Virus record (IMG/VR): IMGVR_UViG_3300032677_000006
Origin: a virus
Length of the DNA stretch: 64,000 nucleotides
Reading direction: 5' to 3' (one strand)
The notes below the pieces were generated by a model that did not search any database, was not told the origin of the DNA, and saw nothing but the letters and a program-made list of their open reading frames with translations. Of this stretch, positions 1 through 10,067 are shown one piece after another. Position 1 is the stretch's first letter. Every line of letters starts with the position of its first letter. Both the position numbers and the translations under genes were made by a program.

Positions 1-14
1 TCGCCTACCTGACC

Positions 15-1145
15 ATGCTCCAGAACGCCATGAGCAACGGCAACCCGCTGCTCATGTTCCGCCTCGGCTTCGGCCCGGCCACCGGCATGTACTGGCTGCC
101 CTGGCAGCAGCACATCGTCACCCGCCACTATGCCAAGTTTCAGGGCATTGGCGACACCGCAGGCCACCTCCTGGTGGTCCACAGCAGCAACAGCCTGGTG
201 CGCATCCGCCGGACCCAGCGCGTGCTGTCGCGCAAGGGCCTGATCAGCGACATGGTCAGCGCCATCGCCCAGGCCAACGGCCTGAAAGCCGTGGTGGAAC
301 CGACCGACGGAAAATACTTGCTGATGCAGGCTTTCACCGACGACACCACCTTCCTGCTGAAGCGGCTGCTGCCCCGAGCGATCAACCAGCAGGGACGTGG
401 CGGCTACTTCTGCTTCATCCTGGACAACGTCCTCCATTTCCACACGCCGGACTACCAGGCGTCCGTGAAGAAGATGGATTTTTACGGCTCCTACGGCTCC
501 AGCCTGGAAGCTAACGATTACAGCGAGGACAGCGCCCTCTGGGACGCGGGCATCGCCGGGGCGCGGGTGGTGGCCGCCGACCCCTACACCGGCGACTCCA
601 AGGAGTTCCTGTCCGACCCGGCCAAGGCCGTCAAGCTGGCCCACAGCATTTACCAGTTCGACAATGTAGACAACGGCCAGCGCAACCAGGCGTACCATCT
701 GGGGCAGAACCCGGTGTCGGAGCTGAACGCCCTGGCCCAGTTCCGGTACCAGCACGCCCGGCTGCAAACTTTCCGTTCCGTGATGGTCCTGCAAAAGACG
801 ATCAACATCCGGCACGGCGACCTGCTGGGCCTGGCGGTGACCCAGGAGGGCAACCGCACCAGCGAGTATTCCGGCTACTATTACGTGACCAGCGCCGCCC
901 ACACGGTTAAAAAGTCGCTGGTGACTTCCGTGTATACGCTGAACCGGGGTGAGACGGAATTGAAGCAAACCGGGCTGGCCACGCAGAACAGCCAGGACCA
1001 GCTGGTGTCGCAAAACAACGCCCCGGGCGTGACGCCCAACATCATCTCGCTGCAAAGCTCGGCCTTGACCAAGGGGTCTGGAAACACAACGTCCGCCACA
1101 ACGCTGCTCGCCGTGGCGGACGCACAAACAGGGGCAACAGATTAA
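15..1145 (+). CDS. Probable baseplate hub / late control D-like tail protein (likely 5'-truncated by window edge)
   Basis: Pattern 'ISDMVSAIAQANGL..Q..TDDTTFLLKRLL..FILDNVLHF..SGYYYVTSAAHTV' resembles gpD/gp27 hub proteins; reading frame is open to the window start. Confidence 0.5.
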   Translation: MLQNAMSNGNPLLMFRLGFGPATGMYWLPWQQHIVTRHYAKFQGIGDTAGHLLVVHSSNSLVRIRRTQRVLSRKGLISDMVSAIAQANGLKAVVEPTDGKYLLMQAFTDDTTFLLKRLLPRAINQQGRGGYFCFILDNVLHFHTPDYQASVKKMDFYGSYGSSLEANDYSEDSALWDAGIAGARVVAADPYTGDSKEFLSDPAKAVKLAHSIYQFDNVDNGQRNQAYHLGQNPVSELNALAQFRYQHARLQTFRSVMVLQKTINIRHGDLLGLAVTQEGNRTSEYSGYYYVTSAAHTVKKSLVTSVYTLNRGETELKQTGLATQNSQDQLVSQNNAPGVTPNIISLQSSALTKGSGNTTSATTLLAVADAQTGATD

Positions 1146-1615
1146 GTGAGCGGGCCGGGGATTTCTGCCGCTTCCCACAGCGTCGGCGACTGGCCGGTGA
1201 GGCTGCTGTTATCCAGCCGGTCAAAGCCCAGTTGATTCCACTGGCGCTGCGACTCGATCTGCATGCGCAGCTGGCCGGTGGTTGTGCCTGTGCAGTACAC
1301 TTCAAGATAAGGCAGGTGGCCGTTCAACAGCAAGGTCTGCTGGCCGCCTGCAACCAGGTAAGCCGCCGTGCCGCTAAAACCGTACAGGGGGTACCGCGTG
1401 CCTGCGGTGCTCCGGTCCGACGCTTCGTTGAGCACGACCGAGAAGTTGGTATTACCCACGTTCTCGAAGGTGACCAGCATGCTGGTCGGCATGCCGGAGG
1501 TCGCAGCCGGGAACCAGTCCCGGTCCTGCAACCGGGCGGCGACGTAACCTGAAACAACCGGACACTGCACCAGTGTCTTACGCGGCATTGGGGCTAAGTA
1601 TTCGCCTGGATTCAT
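1142..1615 (-). CDS. Hypothetical protein, probably virion-associated
   Basis: 157-aa ORF, beta-rich composition, follows the 528-aa ORF on the same strand. Confidence 0.6.
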   Translation of the reverse strand: MNPGEYLAPMPRKTLVQCPVVSGYVAARLQDRDWFPAATSGMPTSMLVTFENVGNTNFSVVLNEASDRSTAGTRYPLYGFSGTAAYLVAGGQQTLLLNGHLPYLEVYCTGTTTGQLRMQIESQRQWNQLGFDRLDNSSLTGQSPTLWEAAEIPGPLT

Positions 1616-1657
1616 AGATTAAAACTGCAAAAAGGGTGAACAGAGCGGACCAGGAGC

Positions 1658-3244
1658 TTACTCCTCTTCCTTCTTGTCCTTCTTTTTCTTGGGTTCCGGA
1701 CGGCTTTCACCAGGCTCTTCCTCGCCTTTGGGTTCCTCGGGCGCTTCCTCTTCCGGTTCAAATTCGTTGGCTTCACCTTCGCCTCCGGCCTCGCCCTCGG
1801 GCGGCAGATCACCGGGCGGCTCGCCGGGCATTTCCATCCCGCCTTCAGCGCCCAGCTCACCTTCAGCCCCCAACTCACCTTCAGCGCCCATGCCGCCTTC
1901 AGCGCCCATGCCGCCGTCCATGCCGTCCATGCCGCCCTCGGCACCAGGAATCTCCTGGCCCGTGACGTTGGCGGTGAGGTCGGCGAGCAAGTCGCGCATC
2001 TGGCGCAACAGGCCCAGGGCGGTTTCGCCCTCGGTGTCCGCACCCACGGCGGCGTCGCTTACTGCCGGTTCCATGGGTTCATCCGGCGCGCCGAGTTCGT
2101 CCATCCCGCCGTCGGGTTGGGAAAATTCATCGCCTGATGGCGCACCTTGGGTGGCCGCCAATTCTTCATCGTACAATTCCTGTACCAGTGATTTTGCTTC
2201 GTTCAGTGCGCTCATATTGTCATGTTGACCTGTTGCTCTAACTACGCTACTCCCGTCAGACTCCCAGGTGCCTGGAAACTGCTGCGAGGGAATCATACCC
2301 TTGACGATCCGGTTGCCCAGCACCCGGCGCGGCTTGGCCTTGTTTGTAGACGTTTTCGGCGCAGCCGTTGCGGGCTTTTTCACAGCGGGCTTGGCTGGAA
2401 GCGGCTTCGGCAACGGCTCGGGCTGGATCATTTGACGCGCGCCCTGCGCCGGTTTCTTCGGCGCTCCCGGCGGCGGAGCCGTGGGCGGCTGGGCGGCCCC
2501 GGGCTTGGCCGGTTGGGGTGCGCCTGGCTTGGGCTTGGGTTCGCCGGGCTTGGGCGGGGCCTTTGTAGACGTTGGCTCCGGCGGGCGCACCGGGGTGACG
2601 GGCTGCGGCAGGATCAGGCCCAGGTTGCGCGCCTGCTTGCGGTCCTTGTAGACTTTCTCCCGTTCGCGCGCCGCCGCCATGGCCCCCTCAAAATCGGTCC
2701 AGCGCTTGGTGGCGATCTTGGTCAAGCGGTTCAGCTTTTCCGCCGTATCCGGTTCATCCCCGGGAAAAGACGACAACAGGCCGTAGATGTACTGGCGGGC
2801 GGCCAGCAGGTGCTTGCACAGGCCCGGGCGACCGGAAGGGTTGGTGATCCGGGGTGCTTTGTTCCACGCCTGGTTGAGCGAATTGGGACCCACCACGCTG
2901 GACCCGCGCTGCTTGTTGGCCCAGGCCCACCGGTAGCGGAAGTCCGGGCACATGCAGTCCACCACGCACTCCAGGTGCTGCAAGGGCACGTCCTTGGGGT
3001 TCTTGCGCGTCGGCTTGAAAAACTTGATGTAGCCGCGATGCCGCAGACCCGTGGTGCTGGGGTTGGACTTGAAATTGAAGCTGTAGTAAACCGTGTCCTG
3101 GTAGCTGTCGATCTCCAGCGGCGGCCCGCGCACGGTGAAGCTGCGGTACACCCGCTTCGGATCGGAAATCCGGAAGAGCTTGTCGAAGGACAGGCGCTCG
3201 CACAGGCTGAGCGGCAGGCTGATGGTCACGCTGGGCATGGTCAT
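1658..3244 (-). CDS. SWIM-like zinc-finger protein with Pro/Lys-rich linker and acidic C-terminal region
   Basis: CMCPDF...CKH zinc-binding motif; low-complexity PK-rich middle; E/G/M-rich tail; possible internal start at 2215. Confidence 0.6.
   Translation of the reverse strand: MTMPSVTISLPLSLCERLSFDKLFRISDPKRVYRSFTVRGPPLEIDSYQDTVYYSFNFKSNPSTTGLRHRGYIKFFKPTRKNPKDVPLQHLECVVDCMCPDFRYRWAWANKQRGSSVVGPNSLNQAWNKAPRITNPSGRPGLCKHLLAARQYIYGLLSSFPGDEPDTAEKLNRLTKIATKRWTDFEGAMAAAREREKVYKDRKQARNLGLILPQPVTPVRPPEPTSTKAPPKPGEPKPKPGAPQPAKPGAAQPPTAPPPGAPKKPAQGARQMIQPEPLPKPLPAKPAVKKPATAAPKTSTNKAKPRRVLGNRIVKGMIPSQQFPGTWESDGSSVVRATGQHDNMSALNEAKSLVQELYDEELAATQGAPSGDEFSQPDGGMDELGAPDEPMEPAVSDAAVGADTEGETALGLLRQMRDLLADLTANVTGQEIPGAEGGMDGMDGGMGAEGGMGAEGELGAEGELGAEGGMEMPGEPPGDLPPEGEAGGEGEANEFEPEEEAPEEPKGEEEPGESRPEPKKKKDKKEEE
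1838..1937 (-). repeat. Imperfect 18-bp and 9-bp coding tandem repeats (GAEGGM / GAEGEL / GMD)
   Basis: Repeated ccttcagcgcccatgccg-type units are visible in the sequence. Confidence 0.75.
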
Positions 3245-4035
3245 TCAGGCCACACGGGCTTTACCGGGAAATTCAAGTAGTCCGGCCCTCGGCGCACGGT
3301 CAGCACCACCCGGGTGTCCGGCTGGACCAGGGCCAGCGCGTCGGCCAGCTCCTCGGGCGTGGTCACCCGGTCGTTGCGCTGGCCGGAAGCCGTGTCGTAC
3401 TGGATGGCCACGATCATGTCTCCGGCCTGGATGCCGGACAAGGCCACCGGCCCGTTGTCCGTGGGCGAAAGCACATAGACGCCGTCTCGGAAACGCCGGT
3501 CGTACGCCAGGCCCAGGGACGCCTTGGGGCGGTTGTCCGGCTCGGCGGGCGGCGCTTCGACCGCCTGCGCCTGCGGAGCCGGGTTGGGCGTTTGCGCCGG
3601 GGCCGCCGGTTGCTTCTCCTCCGGTTCGACTCCGACGAAGGCGGAACCCATGCTCACGAGCTGGCCGCGATTGTCGCGGCTGTTGGAGCGCCAGATCAGC
3701 CGGGCGTCCGGCGGCAGGTTCAGGCGCTGCTCCAGCTCCTGGGCCGCCTCGGCGGGCAGCCGGGCGGGCAGCTTACTGGCGTATACAATTATGTCGTTGG
3801 GCGCTTTCACGTGGACCAGGGTATAGCCGTGCGGCAGGCCGATCTCGTCCAGCGCCTGCTGTACCTCCTCCCGGCTCACCGGCTTGGGGTAGCGGCCTTG
3901 CAGCCAGGAAGCGGCCAGCATGAGGCTGTCGAACGTACTGCCGCGCTCAGGCAGGTGCGGGCCGTACATGTATACGGCGGGACCCGGCCCTTCGGCCTCC
4001 AGAAACAGTTCCACAATTTGTGCGGCGGTTACCAC
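3241..4035 (-). CDS. PDZ-domain protein with N-terminal 'QIVELFLE' peptide
   Basis: C-terminal 'SLGLAY..GVYVLS..GPVALSGIQAGDMIVAI..VVLTVRRG' is a typical HtrA-type PDZ signature. Confidence 0.7.
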   Translation of the reverse strand: MVTAAQIVELFLEAEGPGPAVYMYGPHLPERGSTFDSLMLAASWLQGRYPKPVSREEVQQALDEIGLPHGYTLVHVKAPNDIIVYASKLPARLPAEAAQELEQRLNLPPDARLIWRSNSRDNRGQLVSMGSAFVGVEPEEKQPAAPAQTPNPAPQAQAVEAPPAEPDNRPKASLGLAYDRRFRDGVYVLSPTDNGPVALSGIQAGDMIVAIQYDTASGQRNDRVTTPEELADALALVQPDTRVVLTVRRGPDYLNFPVKPVWPE

Positions 4036-4067
4036 GACCTAAGTACGAGAACCCGTTCTAAGCAGGC

Positions 4068-6014
4068 ATGGCTGACTTAAAACTCAAGCGCCTGAAAATG
4101 CGCAACTGGATGAAGTTCCGTGATGTGGATTTGGAGTTCCCCGACCAGGGCCTGATCCTGGTCCAGGGCCTCAACACCGCCTCCGGCGGTGCCCTGGCCT
4201 CGGTGGGATCGGGTAAGACCGCCGTGGGCGAAGCTTTGTGCCGCACCCTGCTGGGCATCACAGGCCGGTTCACCAGCGCCAAGCAGTATAGCCTGGACAA
4301 GCAGGGCGACCTGTACGTCCGTCTGGAGGCCGAACTGCTGGGCAAGCCGCTGCTGGTGGAAGCCGGGTACGCCTGCGACGAATTTCAAAGCTCCGGCGAG
4401 GCCCTGAGCTACACCCACGGCGGCACCCGGGTCGAGCGCGGGCGCATGCAGGAGACACGCGCCCAGCTGGCCAAGCTGTTGGGCGTGTCTCCGCAGCTGG
4501 CGGACTGGACGGCCTTCATCGACGGCGAGCGGCTCAAGTTCAATCGGCTGTCCCAGGCGGACAGCGTCAGCCTCGTCATGGCGGCGCTCCGCCAGCCAGA
4601 ATGGTCCAGCTACTTTGAAATCCTGAAGAAAAAGTCGGGCGAGTTCCAGGTTACCGCCGCCAAGGACAGCCAGGCCCACGCCACCGCCATCGAAAACCTA
4701 ACCGACGCCCAGCGCGACCTGGACGCGGCCAAGGACGCGTATCTGGCCGCCAAAGAAGAGCACCAGCGCAACCTGGACAACCACGAGGCCAAAATCAACG
4801 AAGTACGCCAGCGCAAAGTCAATCTGGAGAATCGCCTGAAGGAGATCAGCGCCAAAATGCAGGAGATCAAGACCCAGCTGAAACTCATGGAGGACGAGCG
4901 CGCCAAAAAGTCCCACGACATTGAAATCAACATCCACAAGGTAGAAGACGTCCTGACCGCCCTGGACGACGAAAAGGAAAAACTCCTTAAAACACGTGAC
5001 ACGCGCCAGGAGACCATGTCCACCACGCGCACCGCCAGGCAGAATTACCTGTCCTCGGCGGCCAACTGTCCGACCTGCAACCGGCCCCGTGGAAAACTGG
5101 ACCCGGAGCGCCAGCAGGAGCTGGAAGCTGCCTACCAGAAGGGTTGTAACGCCTTCAACGAGATCAACGAACAGCTCAGCCAGCTTAACGAGAAGATCAA
5201 GGCCAAGCAGCAGTCGCTGCGCGACCTGCGCAAGGAGTTCAGCGAAGCGTCGGCCAGCGACGAGGTCAAGCAGCTGTCGGACGACTACGAGGACCTCGTC
5301 GAAAAGCAAAACGCCAACGAAGACCGCGTCCAAGACCTGGACGTGGAACTGGCGGGCTTGAAAGCGCCGCCCTCGGACAGCAACGTGGTCAGAGCGGCCA
5401 CCACCTTGAAAGCCTCCAAGGCGTACCTGCAAAAGTGCCAGGACAAGCTGGACGCGGCGGCGGTGAGCGTGACCCAGAATGACTTCACCGCGAAGGTGAT
5501 CAAATACTGGTACACCGCTTTCTCCTCCTACGGCATTCCCAACCTGGTGCTGCGGGAAGCCATCGGACCGCTCAACCACGAGGCCCGGCGCGTGTCAGCG
5601 GCCATGACCGGCGGCACCATCGACATCCGCTTCAGCACGGTCCGGGAGCTGGCCAGCGGCCAGGAGAAGGCGCAGCTCCACGTGGAAGTAGACAACAAAC
5701 TGGGCGACAAGGAACTGGCAGGCAGTTCCAAAGGCGAGGGCGGCCTGACCAACTTCATCATCGCCGAAACGCTGTCCGAAGTCGGCCAGGTTTCGCGGCG
5801 GCTGGGATTCCGGTGGTATGACGAAATCCTGCCCCATCAGGACCCGAAGGTATGCCAGAGCATCTACAGCTACATGAAAGACGTGGCCCAGCGCCTGGGC
5901 ATCCTGGTGTTCCTGGTGGACCACAACCCGGTGGCCGCCAACTACGCCGACCACGTGCTGATCGTGGAGAAGCACAAGCGCGACCAGGTGGCCAGCACCA
6001 TCCGCTGGCGCTGA
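4068..6014 (+). CDS. Rad50/SbcC/T4 gp46-like SMC ATPase (recombination nuclease subunit)
   Basis: Walker A GSGKT, long coiled coil with central CPTC zinc hook, signature-like SSKGE, Walker B WYDE, H-loop LVDH. Confidence 0.9.
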   Translation: MADLKLKRLKMRNWMKFRDVDLEFPDQGLILVQGLNTASGGALASVGSGKTAVGEALCRTLLGITGRFTSAKQYSLDKQGDLYVRLEAELLGKPLLVEAGYACDEFQSSGEALSYTHGGTRVERGRMQETRAQLAKLLGVSPQLADWTAFIDGERLKFNRLSQADSVSLVMAALRQPEWSSYFEILKKKSGEFQVTAAKDSQAHATAIENLTDAQRDLDAAKDAYLAAKEEHQRNLDNHEAKINEVRQRKVNLENRLKEISAKMQEIKTQLKLMEDERAKKSHDIEINIHKVEDVLTALDDEKEKLLKTRDTRQETMSTTRTARQNYLSSAANCPTCNRPRGKLDPERQQELEAAYQKGCNAFNEINEQLSQLNEKIKAKQQSLRDLRKEFSEASASDEVKQLSDDYEDLVEKQNANEDRVQDLDVELAGLKAPPSDSNVVRAATTLKASKAYLQKCQDKLDAAAVSVTQNDFTAKVIKYWYTAFSSYGIPNLVLREAIGPLNHEARRVSAAMTGGTIDIRFSTVRELASGQEKAQLHVEVDNKLGDKELAGSSKGEGGLTNFIIAETLSEVGQVSRRLGFRWYDEILPHQDPKVCQSIYSYMKDVAQRLGILVFLVDHNPVAANYADHVLIVEKHKRDQVASTIRWR

Positions 6015-6881
6015 TCACTCGTACGGGGACTGGGTGTCGTTGCCCTGGCCAAAGCCTTGATAGTTGGCCGCGTACACCAGGCTGCGTGTGTTGTACAGCA
6101 GGCCCTTGACGTCGTCAGCGTACGTCTGAGGCGTTTCCGACACCGTCGTCGGAAAGTTCGACGTGCTGATGTTCTGCGAGTTGCCGTAGCCCGGGTTGTG
6201 GACAAAGGTAAAGCTGTATTCCGCCGAGGTCGGCACGTTGAAGCTGCTGCTGGGACCCCGGTTCCAGGGTCCGCCAAAAACCACCTTCACATCCTTGACG
6301 TAGCCGATGCAGGAAATGCCGACACTGCCCTGGGCGATCCAGATCAGGTTCAACCAGCAGGTCACCGGGCTGGTGATCATGCCGTTGGTGTCGCTGCTGG
6401 TGCGCTGGACGCTGTACACCTGCTCCTGGGAGGCCGCTGACTGACTAGAAGGATCGGTGGCCTTGCCGGTCAGGTCACTGCTCGTCCCGGCGACCGGGGC
6501 AACTGTAACACCCCGATTGAAAGTGCTGACAGGCAGAATGAACGAATGCAGCCTGGCCGCCAACTTAAGCAGTGTCAGTCCGCCCTCCTTGCAGTACTGG
6601 CTGTCCATGAAGTGGAGCTTAAAGCTCAGCGGCAGCTCCATGGGCTTGGTGCCCTTGTACTGGTGGATGCCGTCGGGCATGTTGGGCGCGTAGTTGACCA
6701 CGTAATCCGCCGACCGGGCCAGCTCCAGCACATCCGGCATGGCGGGAAAGTCTACGGAGATCGTGTTGGCGTACCCCTGACCACCCTGCGCGTTTTTGAG
6801 CGCGTACAGCGAGTTGGTGCTGGGCATGGCCACCAGCCTGCCAAACAGCAGCTGGTCGTCGCGTCGAATGTTAATGTCCAT
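6015..6881 (-). CDS. Probable baseplate / tail-tube initiator-like protein
   Basis: Directly downstream of the tape-measure-like gene; 'CIGYVKDVKVVFGGPW...PTSAEYSFTF' resembles tube-fold proteins. Confidence 0.4.
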   Translation of the reverse strand: MDINIRRDDQLLFGRLVAMPSTNSLYALKNAQGGQGYANTISVDFPAMPDVLELARSADYVVNYAPNMPDGIHQYKGTKPMELPLSFKLHFMDSQYCKEGGLTLLKLAARLHSFILPVSTFNRGVTVAPVAGTSSDLTGKATDPSSQSAASQEQVYSVQRTSSDTNGMITSPVTCWLNLIWIAQGSVGISCIGYVKDVKVVFGGPWNRGPSSSFNVPTSAEYSFTFVHNPGYGNSQNISTSNFPTTVSETPQTYADDVKGLLYNTRSLVYAANYQGFGQGNDTQSPYE

Positions 6882-6884
6882 AGG

Positions 6885-9125
6885 CTAGTCTGACAGTTCT
6901 CCGGATTTTTGCCATTGTCGCCAGGTTGAATTCTGCTTGGCCCGCTCGACTTCGACATCGCGGCTGCTGTCCTCCGCCTGTTTGAAGCGCTTCTCCGCCC
7001 AGGTCAGGTGCTTCTCCGCAATGAGTCCCTGCTTTTTAGTGACATCAAGCAGCTCTTTGTCCTTGAGCACTTGCGGCAGGCCACGCTGTTGCACCGTCTG
7101 AAACATGCCACGGGTGTAGACGCCGCGCGCAATCGCTTCCGCCGCCACCACCTGCTGCTCGTCCATCCACTGCTTCATTTTGGCGCTGCGCTCGCGCGGG
7201 TCTTCGATGCTTTGAAACATCGGGATGGCCTGGCTGTACAGTTTGTTCAGCTGGTACTCCACCCCGCTGGCGGTGCCGAAGCGGGCCTCCCGATACAGAT
7301 TGGATTTGGTGCGGTCGGCCAGCAGCGTCGCCTTGTCGAACTCCACCTTGCGGGAATTGGCCTGCGCCTCAGCGGTCGCCTTGTTGATCTGGTAGATGTG
7401 GTACACCATGCCGCTAATTATGGCAACGCCTGCGGCGATGACAGCCAGCGGACCCAGGGCGGTAAAACGGAGCATCGCCCAGATCAGCCGCAACGACCCC
7501 AGCATGCCGCTAAAAGTCGGCGCGGCTGCGGTGTACCCGGGAATTTTTCCTAGAATGCCGCCGACACTTCCGGTGTTGCCCGCCGCCTGGGCCACGGCCA
7601 GGGCAGCCGCGCTTCGGGCGGCTATGCCCGCTGAAACCGCGACTGCGTACAGGCTCTTGACCAACGATCCCAAGCCGATCACAGCCCATCCAACGCCAAC
7701 CGCCAACGCGGCCCCAGCAACAGCCACTGCGACTTTGCTTTTAGCCAGCCAGCCCGTTAAATCCGCCAACTTGTTTACGACGTAGCTGATCCCAGGCGTC
7801 ACGTAGTACAGTGCCTGCTGGAACAAGCCCTTTAGCGACTCGACGATGCGCGTAATCCCGGCGTTGGTGGCGTGCATCTGCTCCCGCCAGCGATCCTGAA
7901 GCGAGATGGTGCCGACCTGCTGCTTGTTGGCCCGGTCAATCGCCATGATCAGCTGGTTCGCCTGCTGAGCCGACATGTTGAACATCTCACCCAGGATGTT
8001 GAGCCGGAACTGCCGATCCCAACCCTGCGACTGTCCGACCAGGCTTTTGCCGTACGCGGCAAAACGATCCATGACCGTCTGGACGCCCTGTGACGTGGCC
8101 ACAAACTCCGGCTGAACGCCCAGGATGCCCGCGCCCGTCAAACCTTCCGGCGTGGTCAGCTTGCTGACCAGCTCCTCCACGGTGCCGGGAACACCGCCGA
8201 CTTCTTTCAACGCGCCCTCGTAGCGCCCGACCAGCTTGAGCACTTCCGGCAACCCGGCGGCACCAAGGCCAGGCCGTAGACGACCCATGACATTGGCCAG
8301 CGACTCGGCCAGTTTGGCCGCCTCATTGCCCGCCAGTGCCGTGTCGTCCACCAGCTGAGCCACCACGTCGGCCACGCCGCTGAACGAACCCTTAAGCTGC
8401 CGCTCCACGATGGAAGCCAGGCGGGCCGCCGTGTCCACTTCCACGCCCAGGCCCTGCTCCATTTGATTGACGATGCGCAGGTTATCGGCGAAAGTGCGCT
8501 CCGTATCCATGCTGTAGTGAACCAGCGCCCGTGCGGCGCTGGTCGCCAATTCAAAACTCGTGCCCAGCTCCGTCTGCGTAGCCAAAGTCCGCCGCATCAG
8601 ACCGCCCCGGGTCTCCCAGCTGGCATTAGCCTCGATAAGATTCTGGTTTAACTGGCTTTCCTTGAGCACAAGGTCAGCCGCCATACCTGTGAGGGCCGCC
8701 AGCGCCAACAGTTTAAGCTTGTCGTATTTCTGCCAAATTTCCGCCGCCTGTATTTGAGCGCGTACGTGTTCACGGCCTGCCTTGTACGTTTCCAGTATCT
8801 GAGCCTGTTCCTCTTTCCGACTGGCCTTCCGTGCTCGGTTGTAGCCGATTTGAGCCGTATGGACTAAACCGTCAAAAACAGCTTCGGACTTTTTCAGTTC
8901 AGTCAGTTGAGAAGCTTCAGACGTAAGAACTTTAGAGAGTGCTTGGTACATCCGTGTCTCTTGCACGACGTGAGTAACGGCGTGCTTGAGGGCATCCATT
9001 CCAACCGTCAAAGCCGCGAGCTGGGTAACGGAAAAGGAGATGCCGTGCGCCGCCTTTTGACCGCGCTCCAGATGCTCCGCCAGTTTGTGGGCGTGCTCTG
9101 TTAGCTCTGAAAATTCACCGGGCAT
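6885..9125 (-). CDS. Probable tail tape measure protein
   Basis: 746 aa, Ala/Leu/Gly-rich helical sequence with hydrophobic segments in the C-terminal third. Confidence 0.6.
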   Translation of the reverse strand: MPGEFSELTEHAHKLAEHLERGQKAAHGISFSVTQLAALTVGMDALKHAVTHVVQETRMYQALSKVLTSEASQLTELKKSEAVFDGLVHTAQIGYNRARKASRKEEQAQILETYKAGREHVRAQIQAAEIWQKYDKLKLLALAALTGMAADLVLKESQLNQNLIEANASWETRGGLMRRTLATQTELGTSFELATSAARALVHYSMDTERTFADNLRIVNQMEQGLGVEVDTAARLASIVERQLKGSFSGVADVVAQLVDDTALAGNEAAKLAESLANVMGRLRPGLGAAGLPEVLKLVGRYEGALKEVGGVPGTVEELVSKLTTPEGLTGAGILGVQPEFVATSQGVQTVMDRFAAYGKSLVGQSQGWDRQFRLNILGEMFNMSAQQANQLIMAIDRANKQQVGTISLQDRWREQMHATNAGITRIVESLKGLFQQALYYVTPGISYVVNKLADLTGWLAKSKVAVAVAGAALAVGVGWAVIGLGSLVKSLYAVAVSAGIAARSAAALAVAQAAGNTGSVGGILGKIPGYTAAAPTFSGMLGSLRLIWAMLRFTALGPLAVIAAGVAIISGMVYHIYQINKATAEAQANSRKVEFDKATLLADRTKSNLYREARFGTASGVEYQLNKLYSQAIPMFQSIEDPRERSAKMKQWMDEQQVVAAEAIARGVYTRGMFQTVQQRGLPQVLKDKELLDVTKKQGLIAEKHLTWAEKRFKQAEDSSRDVEVERAKQNSTWRQWQKSGELSD

Positions 9126-9137
9126 GGTTATTTAATG

Positions 9138-9165
9138 TTGACAGATTCAATTAAACGTATACATT
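9138..9165 (+). promoter_or_regulatory. sigma70-type promoter TTGACA-N16-TACATT, 6 nt before ATG 9172
   Basis: Direct sequence match. Confidence 0.65.
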
Positions 9166-9171
9166 TACGCT

Positions 9172-9432
9172 ATGATCGTTAATCCATTCACCGCTGGCTT
9201 TGTGATCGGTCATGCGCTTAGCTCGCGTAGGCTGGAAAAGCCACAACCACCTCCACCAATCCAGGTATACACTCCGCTCACGCGCGCCGACCGGCGGCGA
9301 TTAACAAAACTGGAAGCTGCCCGCCGTGTGCGTTCCGCGCAACTAGACGCGGAGGACAGGGCCTTCGCGCTCTTGGTGGTCCTCATTGTCGTCGGATTAG
9401 TCATCGGCAGCATCGTCGTAAACGGAGGCTAA
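9172..9432 (+). CDS. Small membrane protein
   Basis: 86 aa with a C-terminal hydrophobic helix; has its own promoter. Confidence 0.6.
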   Translation: MIVNPFTAGFVIGHALSSRRLEKPQPPPPIQVYTPLTRADRRRLTKLEAARRVRSAQLDAEDRAFALLVVLIVVGLVIGSIVVNGG

Positions 9433-9911
9433 GCCAACAACCGGTTAACCACCGACTCCGGCGTGCTTTCCTTCAGCTTACCGCCGCTTGTGGTCTGGCC
9501 CTTGTCCTGGTTCGTGAAACCCTTCAAGCCGCGCTGGTTGGTGATCGCCTTGCGCAGGTTCAGGGATTTGGTCCACTTCCTCGCCGTTCCACCGGGCTGG
9601 TCCATCACGTCCTTGGACGTCATCCGGGCGTAGCTGCGCGTCTCCGGCTCCACGTTGACCTTGCTGTGGTCCGCCAGATCGTCGCGGCCCTCCAGCGCCC
9701 ACTGGCGCTGGAACAGCTCCCGGGCGGTCAGCGGCAGGGCCTCGTGCTGGACATGGTCTGGCAGACCCTTGGGCTTCCGGTGCGTGAAATCCTCCAAGTC
9801 GCCCGGCTTCATGGACCGTTTGATGTCCTTGGCCGCTCCGTAGAGCTTGCTGGCCGGACTGTGCTTGGCGGCCTGCATGGCCCGCCACTGTGCGCTACTT
9901 TTTGCTGGCAT
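9429..9911 (-). CDS. DUF3008-like protein
   Basis: N-terminus MPAKSSAQ..AAK..SM...LEDF..K.KGLPDHV matches the DUF3008 pattern; preceded by GTAGTTA. Confidence 0.6.
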   Translation of the reverse strand: MPAKSSAQWRAMQAAKHSPASKLYGAAKDIKRSMKPGDLEDFTHRKPKGLPDHVQHEALPLTARELFQRQWALEGRDDLADHSKVNVEPETRSYARMTSKDVMDQPGGTARKWTKSLNLRKAITNQRGLKGFTNQDKGQTTSGGKLKESTPESVVNRLLA

Positions 9912-9984
9912 ATATTTCGTTGCCCTAACTACCGGCGCAAACAGGCCGCTTTTGGCCCTGGTAAAACTTTGTTAAAATTTTATG

Positions 9985-10013
9985 TTGACGAGTTTGGATT
10001 TTTCGTCTACATT
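9985..10013 (+). promoter_or_regulatory. sigma70-type promoter TTGACG-N17-TACATT with AT-rich upstream element
   Basis: Direct sequence match upstream of ORF 10068. Confidence 0.7.
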
Positions 10014-10067
10014 GGACACGTGACAGTCAACAACGTCTAAACTTAAACAATCAAACACAGGAAAAAT

